64,000 nt of DNA, from contig CAIYNX010000135.1 in NCBI GenBank assembly GCA_903927645.1, positions 1,153-65,152 of the forward strand. The letters are read 5' to 3'. Each line of letters starts with the position of its first letter. Positions within the stretch are counted from its first letter, which is position 1. This document shows positions 1 through 8,008 of the stretch, in pieces. The notes beneath the pieces were generated by a model. It made no database searches. It saw only the letters and a list, made by a program, of their open reading frames with translations, and had not been told where the DNA came from. The stretch comes from an uncultured Mucilaginibacter sp. GTDB taxonomy: Bacteria; Bacteroidota; Bacteroidia; Sphingobacteriales; Sphingobacteriaceae. A program made the translations under genes and the position numbers.

Positions 1-1196
1 TAACCTGAAAGCTTTCCATCCGAAATATAAATATTAGTGCTTAAGGTAGGATCGGTTATATCATAAAATTGTACCCAGGTATTAGGGTAAAGCACAATAT
101 TTTTATCGCTGCAGGTTATGCTTATTTGCCCTTTGGCAGGTATATAATCAGGATTTGCTTGGGTGTATAATAAGGCCCAATTAGATAGGTGTTTAATATT
201 AAAGCTTGCTGCCAAATTGCCGTCAGAATTTTTTATCACATTGGCTACACCTTCATATTTCCATTGCCCGGTATTTTCGTTTTGGCTCCAAAGCGGTATG
301 GTATCACCAACTGCTATCAGGTTACCGTTGGTATAATTTGTTTGGCCACTAGCAAGCTCCAAATTAGCGCTGATAGGTTTCGAGAACGATTTTATAATTG
401 AGCCACCTTCGTTCATATTAACGTTAAGTACCCCTACAGCCTTAAAGGTTACTATTCCATTTATCAAATTTCCATCTTTGCCAATAGCATTGGTGGTATG
501 CATATCTGTATTGCTCAATACGGCCGATACATTGTTAAGTAAACCTGTATATACAACATTGGCCTGCATAGAGCTTCCATTGATGATGTTTCTGGATGCG
601 TCTAAAAATTGCGTGCCAGTTGGTATGGTAAGCGTGGCAGGTTTGCTCCCTGAGTTTGCCACAATAGTTGTTTGCAAAGTGGTAGCATTTGCAGCGTTTC
701 CGCTAAGGTTGGTGCTTATAGCCAAAGAACTTACTCCTTGTGCAGTTTTGTTACTTTGAAAAACCGGTATGGTTTGAATATAAACCGTATCGTAATTAAT
801 GGTAATGGTTTTAGAAACAGGCGCGAAACCAGGAATAGAGGCATTTATTGAAAATACAACAGGATTATTTAAGGTTGGTGCCGCATCTTTATTTAATGAA
901 ATAGCCAACAATCCATTATACACTGTAAAATTTTGTTTGCCAATATCTGTTTGAACCAAAGCAGCATTTGGACCGCCAATGGTAACAGAAAAAGTTGAAG
1001 GCAAAGCAGTGCCAGTTTTGCCATTGGCACTGATGAAGGTAACCAAAGTAGGGGCTTTAACCAAGGTTTTGGTATTGAATATTAAATTTACCCCATCTGT
1101 TGGCTTTTTACAGGTACTAAACAAAACAACGCTCGCTAATAAAAATACTAGCTGGGTATTGAAAGGTTTGTATCTGAAATTAGTAATCACGTTCAT
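1..1196 (-). CDS. Hypothetical lipoprotein (3' end runs off the window)
   Basis: Not in the ORF track. Manual translation from ATG at 1196 is open to the window edge: MNVITNFRYKPFNTQLVFLLASVVLFSTC-KKPTDG..., with a lipobox-like Cys, T/N/G-rich beta composition and ...LWSQNENTGQWKYEG...HLSNW. Starts 11 nt after the stop of the upstream OMP gene. Confidence 0.8.
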   Translation of the reverse strand, partial: MNVITNFRYKPFNTQLVFLLASVVLFSTCKKPTDGVNLIFNTKTLVKAPTLVTFISANGKTGTALPSTFSVTIGGPNAALVQTDIGKQNFTVYNGLLAISLNKDAAPTLNNPVVFSINASIPGFAPVSKTITINYDTVYIQTIPVFQSNKTAQGVSSLAISTNLSGNAANATTLQTTIVANSGSKPATLTIPTGTQFLDASRNIINGSSMQANVVYTGLLNNVSAVLSNTDMHTTNAIGKDGNLINGIVTFKAVGVLNVNMNEGGSIIKSFSKPISANLELASGQTNYTNGNLIAVGDTIPLWSQNENTGQWKYEGVANVIKNSDGNLAASFNIKHLSNWALLYTQANPDYIPAKGQISITCSDKNIVLYPNTWVQFYDITDPTLSTNIYISDGKLSG

Positions 1197-1207
1197 TATT
1201 AATATTT

Positions 1208-1975
1208 TTATTTTATTCTGAAATTGAAATTTAATTGTAAAACCGGTACCCACCTATAATCTTTCAGGTTATCATTTACCTTTGGTTCCAGCTGGTAATT
1301 ATCGCTCAAAAGGTTTGTGCCCGTAATTTTAGCAGTAGGAGCATTTACATAATAAGCACCCAAATCTAAATTAATATTAAAAAAATGTTTTGGGAAGCTT
1401 TTAGCGAAGCCTAAACCCATATACGGAGCAAAGCCTTTTAATGTAACACCAATGTTTAATTGTCCTATTTCTTCCGCTGTTAGGGTATAACCGCCTAAGG
1501 TATAATTGCCGGTAGGAGCAAAATTTGTGTTTAAAAGCCCACGGTATGTATAAGCCATGCCACCAACCAATCTTAAACCTTCGGCATTGTTAAATGGCGC
1601 AAAATCTGCCCAGGCATGAAAGTTTAAAAAATTGGCATTGATCGTAAAGTTGGTTGCCAACCCAGATGAATGTATGCTCCCCACATAGTTAAAAGGGGTA
1701 TAAGCAGAACCTAAACGCAATGATAGTTTACGGATTAAGCCCAATCGTAAATCGCCCCCTAAACCTTGGCTACCTCCATAAAGTTGCAAGGAAATTTTAA
1801 AGGAACTGCTATCAGCTTCTTTTATTGGAATGATAGTGGGTCTATCTTTCAGATTCTTTTTCTTCCCCTTTGGATTTACATCATAAGGAATAGAAGGAAT
1901 AGTGTCGTGTTTTAAAACAGAAGCAGCCGAAATAAACGGAAAAAAAACAAATAAAATGAGTAGAATTTTTTTCAC
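1208..1975 (-). CDS. Small outer-membrane beta-barrel protein, unknown function
   Basis: Signal peptide, alternating amphipathic strands (QLYGGSQGLGGDLRLG, PYMGLGF, INLDLGAYY), C-terminal strand VLQLNFNFRIK; GTG start. Confidence 0.7.
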   Translation of the reverse strand: MKKILLILFVFFPFISAASVLKHDTIPSIPYDVNPKGKKKNLKDRPTIIPIKEADSSSFKISLQLYGGSQGLGGDLRLGLIRKLSLRLGSAYTPFNYVGSIHSSGLATNFTINANFLNFHAWADFAPFNNAEGLRLVGGMAYTYRGLLNTNFAPTGNYTLGGYTLTAEEIGQLNIGVTLKGFAPYMGLGFAKSFPKHFFNINLDLGAYYVNAPTAKITGTNLLSDNYQLEPKVNDNLKDYRWVPVLQLNFNFRIK

Positions 1976-2324
1976 TGGTTTATTTTATAAGTTTAAGCTT
2001 TCAGGCTTTTGCTTTAAAAGTTAATATTTTTTTAGGGAATAAAAAATCTGTAGAGCTTTTGTAACCCGTTGATATTATGTACATAACGCTTGTAAAGGTA
2101 CTGTTTAACCTTAAAAAATACAAGTAAAATAAGTTTTAAAATCCCAATTAATCATCGTTAAAATTTGTAAAAATCAGTTCGAAATTTTTAGCTTATCCAA
2201 CCTTAAAAAAGAATAATTTAATCAATTGCTTTTTTATCAAATAGTTATTAATGACTAATAATTGATAAATAGGCATCAAAATATATAAATAAAAATTTGG
2301 TAGATTTAGAATTAGAAGATTTTT

Positions 2325-2753
2325 TTAATTCTCTTTATTTTGATTAACAATAATTGCATCGTTTAATACCACATCGCTTAAAAAACCTGAACAAATTCCT
2401 TTTATTGTAATTAATGAATCTGGTGTACTGGTATTAACCAAGGATTTTAAGGTGCAAAAAACATTGGTAAAAGGATCGCCACTTTTTATGGTAAGGGTAA
2501 TATGTCCTGCTTGGTCTTTATCACGTTTTGCAATAAGGCCGGTTAATTGTATTGTTTTATTAAGATAACTTTTATTTGCAGCTTGCTCATTGTTTTGATA
2601 TGCTTTTACAATTTGGTCAGGTGTAACTATTATGGCATTTTCTGTTTCTACCTTTCGGTGATGGGTTTTAGAATACTGAAAAACATAATACCAAATGCAA
2701 AAGGCACTTATAACAAAGATGGCTGTTAAACTAATAAGAATTTTCTTTTTCAT
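2325..2753 (-). CDS. Membrane-anchored OB-fold protein (tRNA_anti-like)
   Basis: N-terminal TM helix, then 'AYQNNEQAANKSYLNKTIQLTG' and 'ITIKGICSGFLSDVVLNDA', typical of this family. Start moved to MKKKIL (ATG 2753). Confidence 0.75.
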   Translation of the reverse strand: MKKKILISLTAIFVISAFCIWYYVFQYSKTHHRKVETENAIIVTPDQIVKAYQNNEQAANKSYLNKTIQLTGLIAKRDKDQAGHITLTIKSGDPFTNVFCTLKSLVNTSTPDSLITIKGICSGFLSDVVLNDAIIVNQNKEN

Positions 2754-2758
2754 AGATT

Positions 2759-3700
2759 TTACCAAGTTGTACTTTGATTGTGTTTAACTAGTGTAAATAC
2801 CCTGGATATATTAAAGCCAAAACGGATATAGCCTTTATCCCACTGACCCTCTGTTTGGGTAATAAAACTACTCTCGTTTATTCCGGTTGAATTGGTAAAA
2901 AAGAGTTGAAATACGTGCCCCCCCGTTTCAATATCTAAACCTAATGATAACGAATTATTATATCCGGGGTATTTGTTTAGCTGGTAATAATATTCGGCTG
3001 TAAAGTTGAGCCTTTTTGAGAGTCGTTCGCGTAAGCCCAAACCCATCGAATAAAAATCGTTATGTATTGCTGTTGTAGGGGTTATGTTATAATGTACCAT
3101 GGTTGGCACTAGTTGTATTGAAATATAATCATTGAATTTGCGCGCCAACAAAAGTTGATTCGAGAAATAAAAATGGTCGGATGTATGGATAGGATATGTT
3201 TCAGGTTGATCTTTTAATGAACGCCAAATTGCAGTTGGAGCAAAGCTAATTGAAATGGGCATTTCTACTTTGCCTGTCGACTGCCTTAAAATCCGGTATT
3301 TAAAAAAACCATCAAATTCTTTATTGTAATTGCTCCGGCCAATACCAACTTCTAAGCGATTGGTAATACCATAGTCTAAACCTATGCGCATGGTGCCTTG
3401 ATCGAGCCCAAAAAAATTATATGGCCCGGTATTTACCGTACCAAACCTATGCGAAATTTTAACATCTAAAATACCACTGCCTGTATTTTCAATGGTTTGT
3501 CCATTCACCAAGCGGGTAGTTTTAAATATGGAGGTAGTGATATCTGTTTTTTCTTTTTTGTCTTTTTTATCTTGTTCATCCTGCATTTTAAATAAATCAA
3601 CAGTTTGCGCTTTGGCTACAAAAGATACTAACTGCAGACTTGTAATCAGGATAATAATAAGTAGGAGATAACCACTTTGTTTTTTGTATAAGTTAATCAT
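2759..3700 (-). CDS. DUF5777-like outer-membrane beta-barrel protein
   Basis: Motifs FKTTRLVNGQTIE, ISHRFG, FFGLD, DIETGGHVFQLFFTNS, GFNISRVF. ATG at 3700 overlaps the YceI TGA stop (ATGA). Confidence 0.8.
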   Translation of the reverse strand: MINLYKKQSGYLLLIIILITSLQLVSFVAKAQTVDLFKMQDEQDKKDKKEKTDITTSIFKTTRLVNGQTIENTGSGILDVKISHRFGTVNTGPYNFFGLDQGTMRIGLDYGITNRLEVGIGRSNYNKEFDGFFKYRILRQSTGKVEMPISISFAPTAIWRSLKDQPETYPIHTSDHFYFSNQLLLARKFNDYISIQLVPTMVHYNITPTTAIHNDFYSMGLGLRERLSKRLNFTAEYYYQLNKYPGYNNSLSLGLDIETGGHVFQLFFTNSTGINESSFITQTEGQWDKGYIRFGFNISRVFTLVKHNQSTTW

Positions 3701-4236
3701 TGGTATTCGCATTTAACATTAATTTCGGCCTCGCTTGCAATTTTATCGCCTATATATAAGCCAGTAATACCATAATCCTTTATTTTTATTTTGAAAATTC
3801 CGGTAATAGTTGGTTTTGATCCTACTATGGTTAATGTACCTGTTGTTGATACTTTTTGCGAAACCCCGTGAATGGTTAGGGTACCATTGAGTTCTATTTG
3901 ATATCTGCCTTCTTTAGAAAAATCAACCGTGGTTATGTTACTGATAAATCCTTTAAAATCGGCCTTCGGGATTTTTGAGGTTTCTAGGTAGTTTTCATTG
4001 AAATGGTCTTCCATTAATTGGTTTTCAAACCTGAAGCTTTTTATTAACACGCTAAAAACTATTTGTCCGGTTTTATCCACCATTTTGCTATCAACCTGGT
4101 TATTTACAGCTTCAATTTTTTCAAGTGGTGAACTTGCATTGAATTTAATTTGCCCGGTTTTTGTTGCAAATATTTTTTGAGCCTGCAATGCAAAACAAGT
4201 AAAGAGTAGAACTAATAAGATGGTGACTTTTTTCAT
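3697..4236 (-). CDS. YceI-family periplasmic lipid/polyisoprenoid-binding protein
   Basis: Signal peptide; SFRFENQLMEDHFNENYLETSKIPKADFKG, GTLTIHGV, KDYGI. Start moved to MKKVTILL. Confidence 0.85.
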   Translation of the reverse strand: MKKVTILLVLLFTCFALQAQKIFATKTGQIKFNASSPLEKIEAVNNQVDSKMVDKTGQIVFSVLIKSFRFENQLMEDHFNENYLETSKIPKADFKGFISNITTVDFSKEGRYQIELNGTLTIHGVSQKVSTTGTLTIVGSKPTITGIFKIKIKDYGITGLYIGDKIASEAEINVKCEYQ

Positions 4237-4246
4237 GGTTTTTTTT

Positions 4247-4609
4247 TTAATTATTAAGGGAACCATTATTTATCCAGGTTTGAATAGTTGATATATCGCA
4301 AGCCGAGAGTTGAGAAGCAGCTAATGGCATAGCTGGTACAGTTCCAGTATGGTTTATTGAGCTAATGAGTTGCCCATTGCTAACATACACCATTAAAGTA
4401 GTATAGGTATCAAGCTTTATACCTCCGCCTGATGAAGCTGTTCCTGCATGGCAGCTATAGCAATTTTGACTAAGTATAGCTGTAACACTGGTACTGTAAG
4501 TAATGCCAGTAATATTACAGGATGTTTTAGGGTATACCAAATTAGCATGGTCATAATAACAGCTTGAACAACAAATCAAAAGAAAAATAAAAGCAATAAT
4601 ATATCGCAT
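4247..4609 (-). CDS. Monoheme c-type cytochrome lipoprotein
   Basis: Lipobox CSSC-YYD, heme motif CYSCH, distal MP (AMPLA), C-terminal IQTWINNG. Start moved to MRYIIA. Confidence 0.8.
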   Translation of the reverse strand: MRYIIAFIFLLICCSSCYYDHANLVYPKTSCNITGITYSTSVTAILSQNCYSCHAGTASSGGGIKLDTYTTLMVYVSNGQLISSINHTGTVPAMPLAASQLSACDISTIQTWINNGSLNN

Positions 4610-4622
4610 GGAATATAAATAT

Positions 4623-5366
4623 TTATTGAGGGCAACCATTGTTAATCCAAATAGTAATTTGCTTTATTTGGCAAGTATTTAACTGACCAGATTGTGGCAT
4701 ATTCATGGCAGGTGTTGCCGAGGTGTAATTTATAGCGTTTAAGAAAGCTGTTTTCATTGAAGTACCTGCTATTTTAGAATTGGCATAATCGCTTAAAATT
4801 ACATTGCCCGAACCAGGCGCAACTCCATGACAACCGTTGCAATAAGTAGCAAACAAATTTGAAATTCCTTTTGAATAAGTTGTTTGGGTGGTATCGCAAG
4901 TAGTTGCTATGGTACAAGTGGCATTGGTAGCTCCCTGGTTAATCCAGCTAGCGATGGTAGCAATTTGAGCTGTTGTTAATTTTGGTGAGTTTCTGGGTGG
5001 CATGCTTCCTGAAGTAATAATAGTATAATACCTACTCCCATTTAAGTTTGAGGCAGAAATTCCCCTCGTGATATTAGCGTAGGTTGTTAAATTTAAGCCC
5101 TCTTTGGCGGTTGTTGCATCATGACAACCAGTACTTGCACAATAGGTTTGAAATAAGGGTAGTACATCAGATTGAAAGCAAACCGTATTTGTTACTGTAC
5201 CACTCCCTGTCCCAGTTCCTGTTCCTGTTCCTGTCCCGGTTCCAGTTCCTGTTCCGGTATTTGTATTGGTGTTGCTATTGCTATTAGTATTTGGTGTTAT
5301 TGAATCATGTGTGCAGCCACCTACCAAAATAACAATAGCCAATAGGAAAATAAAAGTATTTTTCAT
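4623..5366 (-). CDS. Two-domain c-type cytochrome lipoprotein with Thr-Gly linker
   Basis: Lipobox VGGC; domain 1 FQSDVLPLFQTYCASTGCH...MPP...WINQGA (planctomycete-type cytochrome c, CX4CH); domain 2 CNGCH...MNMPQ...WINNG. Confidence 0.8.
   Translation of the reverse strand: MKNTFIFLLAIVILVGGCTHDSITPNTNSNSNTNTNTGTGTGTGTGTGTGTGTGSGTVTNTVCFQSDVLPLFQTYCASTGCHDATTAKEGLNLTTYANITRGISASNLNGSRYYTIITSGSMPPRNSPKLTTAQIATIASWINQGATNATCTIATTCDTTQTTYSKGISNLFATYCNGCHGVAPGSGNVILSDYANSKIAGTSMKTAFLNAINYTSATPAMNMPQSGQLNTCQIKQITIWINNGCPQ
5205..5258 (-). repeat. Nine hexamer units encoding (Thr-Gly)9
   Basis: Plus strand ccctgt cccagt tcctgt tcctgt tcctgt cccggt tccagt tcctgt tccggt; variation is only at synonymous positions. 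Confidence 0.95.
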
Positions 5367-5496
5367 GATGGATTATTTTAAATCACTTTGTTTTCCAAAA
5401 CCGAAAAATCATATAGAACAATTTTCTAAAACGAGCGGTTAAATAAGTTGAATGAATAATTATTTACCTTCACTTTGATGCCAAATTCCAACAAAA

Positions 5497-5504
5497 CAAA
5501 AATA
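5497..5504 (-). promoter_or_regulatory. Possible Bacteroidota -7 promoter box for the cytochrome operon
   Basis: TATTTTTG on the minus strand matches TAnnTTTG; no clear -33 TTTG. Confidence 0.3.
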
Positions 5505-5655
5505 ACACCTAAAAATAATTGCTCATTTAAATGTTTGAACAAGTATAGTGGTAAAATCTGATTTTAAAATGAAAACAGAAAGATCGATATTGTAAAAAAT
5601 ACACTTTAACATATATTAACAATAGGAGGCATCAAACATAGTCGGCAATATAATT

Positions 5656-7179
5656 TTATACCGAAACAAGTTCCATCATTTTTAAAATTGCATCTAAATA
5701 CTCCCGGTTGTTGGCTAACCTAGGCACTTTATGCTGACCGCCAATTTTACCTCTTTCTTTCATCCAATTAAAAAAGGTGCCTCTTGGGGCATTTCGCACA
5801 ATAGGTCTTTTAAGAGCAAGGTCTTTAAATCTTTTAGCATCATAGTCGGAGTTAATGCGGCGTAGGGTTTCGTCAAGTATATCAATAAAGCGCTCAAATT
5901 CGGCTGGTTTTTTCTCAAATTCAATAACCCACTCATGCGCGCCGCTTTCGTTGTCTTTTATGTAGATAGGACCGGCCGTATATTCATGTATAATAGCGCC
6001 TGTTTGCTGACAGGCTTCATCCAAGGCTCGTTCGGCATTATCAATTATTACCTCTTCGCCAAAAGCATTGATAAAGTGCTTAGTACGCCCTGTAATTTGT
6101 ATTCGGAAAGGGGAGAGACAGGTAAAGCGAATGGTATCGCCAATCATATAGCGCCAAAGCCCAGCATTGGTACTAATAATCAAGGCATAATTTTTACCAA
6201 GTTCTACTTCATCCAAAGTAAGTGTTTTAGGATTTTCGCTGCTAATGTCCTCAAGTGGCAGAAACTCATAAAAAATCCCATAGTCAAGCATCAATAGCAT
6301 TTCACCGGGCTCGCGGGTATCCTGAATCCCAAAAAAACCTTCGGAGGCATTGTAATTTTCAAGGTAATACATGTCATCGTTAGGAATCAACTTTTTAAAT
6401 TGTTCCCTATATGGAGTAAAATTTACAGCACCATGAAAATACATTTCCAAATTAGGCCATACTTCCAACAGGTTTTTTTTGCCCGTAATTTCGAGTATCC
6501 GTTTAAATAAAATAAGGTTCCAGGTTGGTACGCCGCTCAAACTGGTTACATTTACTTCCTTGGTAATTTGGGCTATTTTTTCAATTTTTTCTTCAAAATT
6601 CTCTAACAACGCAATATCCAAATCGGGAGTTCGATGAAATTCGGCCCATAAGGGGAGGTTTTTCATTAAAACGGCAGATAAATCCCCATAACTGGTATCG
6701 GCACCAAGCTGACTTATTTGGTGGCTACCACCCAAGGTAAGTATTTTGCCCGTAAACATTTTGGAATTGGGCTGATTGTTAAAATATATGGTAAGCAAAT
6801 CTTTACCACCTTTAAAATGGCATTCTTCCAAAGCCTCCTCACTTACGGGGATGAATTTACTACGATCATTGGTAGTTCCTGATGATTTGGCAAACCATCT
6901 AATTTCTGAAGGCCACAAAACATTTTGCTCGCCTTTGAGCATACGTTCAATATAAGGTTTTAGCGTATCGTAATTTTGGATGGGTACCCGATCTTTAAAT
7001 TGATGCAGGTTTACAATACTTTTATACCCATATTTTTTACCCCATTCCGTATTTTCGGCACCCGAAACCAGCTGCTCAAACCATTCTTCCTGAACTTCGT
7101 TTGGGTATTTCATAAAAAGCTCAATCTGATGAATGCGCTTTTTCATAAACCAGGTAAAAACAGAGTTAAAAATGGTCAC
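5656..7179 (-). CDS. GH3 auxin-responsive family protein (adenylating acyl-acid amido synthetase-like)
   Basis: AKSSGTT P-loop-like motif, YNASEGFFG, YEFLP, LWRYMIGDT, C-terminal GGQHKVPRL. Confidence 0.9.
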   Translation of the reverse strand: MTIFNSVFTWFMKKRIHQIELFMKYPNEVQEEWFEQLVSGAENTEWGKKYGYKSIVNLHQFKDRVPIQNYDTLKPYIERMLKGEQNVLWPSEIRWFAKSSGTTNDRSKFIPVSEEALEECHFKGGKDLLTIYFNNQPNSKMFTGKILTLGGSHQISQLGADTSYGDLSAVLMKNLPLWAEFHRTPDLDIALLENFEEKIEKIAQITKEVNVTSLSGVPTWNLILFKRILEITGKKNLLEVWPNLEMYFHGAVNFTPYREQFKKLIPNDDMYYLENYNASEGFFGIQDTREPGEMLLMLDYGIFYEFLPLEDISSENPKTLTLDEVELGKNYALIISTNAGLWRYMIGDTIRFTCLSPFRIQITGRTKHFINAFGEEVIIDNAERALDEACQQTGAIIHEYTAGPIYIKDNESGAHEWVIEFEKKPAEFERFIDILDETLRRINSDYDAKRFKDLALKRPIVRNAPRGTFFNWMKERGKIGGQHKVPRLANNREYLDAILKMMELVSV

Positions 7180-7199
7180 GTTTATAATATTATAGGTGT

Positions 7200-7949
7200 T
7201 TATTTAGAAGTATCAGCAAATACTTTTCTTTTCAATACAAAGTTATTACCCAGATAAACCTTACGTACCATTTCATTTTCGGCCAAAACCTCGGGCACGC
7301 CAGATTCAAGTATTTTGCCTTCAAATAATAAGTATGCTCTATCAGTTATTGAAAGTGTTTCTTGCACATTATGATCAGTAATCAAAATACCGATATTACG
7401 GTGTTTGAGCTTTGCCACCATTGCCTGAATTTCTTCAACCGCAATCGGATCCACACCGGCAAATGGTTCATCTAACAAAATAAAATTTGGTTCGGCAGCA
7501 AGTGCTCTCGCAATTTCAGTTCTTCGGCGTTCCCCACCAGAAAGCAAGTCGCCACGGTTTCTACGTACCTTGTGCAAACTAAATTCATCAATTAACTGTT
7601 CCAGTTTTTCGGTTTGCCTTTCCTTGGTCATATTGCCCATTTCAAGAACTGCTTTGATATTGTCTTCCACCGAAAGTTTCCTAAAAACAGAAGCTTCCTG
7701 TGCTAAATAACCAATCCCTTTTTGCGCTCTGCGGTACATTGGGTCGCCGGTTATATCTTCGTCATTTAAAAATATTTTGCCTTCATTTGGTTTTATTAAA
7801 CCAACAATCATATAGAAAGAGGTTGTTTTACCCGCTCCATTTGGTCCAAGCAAACCCACAATTTCTCCCTGTGCCACATTGAACGAAACATCGTTTACTA
7901 CGGTACGTTGTTTATATTTTTTTAATAAATTATCAGCCCTTAATATCAC
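7200..7949 (-). CDS. lptB: LPS export ABC transporter ATP-binding protein
   Basis: [17 protein letters not shown] signature, [25 protein letters not shown]. Confidence 0.95.
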   Translation of the reverse strand: MILRADNLLKKYKQRTVVNDVSFNVAQGEIVGLLGPNGAGKTTSFYMIVGLIKPNEGKIFLNDEDITGDPMYRRAQKGIGYLAQEASVFRKLSVEDNIKAVLEMGNMTKERQTEKLEQLIDEFSLHKVRRNRGDLLSGGERRRTEIARALAAEPNFILLDEPFAGVDPIAVEEIQAMVAKLKHRNIGILITDHNVQETLSITDRAYLLFEGKILESGVPEVLAENEMVRKVYLGNNFVLKRKVFADTSK

Positions 7950-8008
7950 TTCAATTCAGTTTAATGGTTTGTTGTTAAATGTAAAGATTAGGAGTGGATT
8001 ATATTTCT

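Noticed and set aside
189-1221. Three short plus-strand ORFs (189..401, 478..759, 979..1221)
   Set aside because: They are antisense shadows of the long minus-strand lipoprotein frame 1..1196.
5205-5290. Tandem repeat as CRISPR array or contingency locus
   Set aside because: In-frame hexamers with synonymous variation and no spacers; it is a protein linker.
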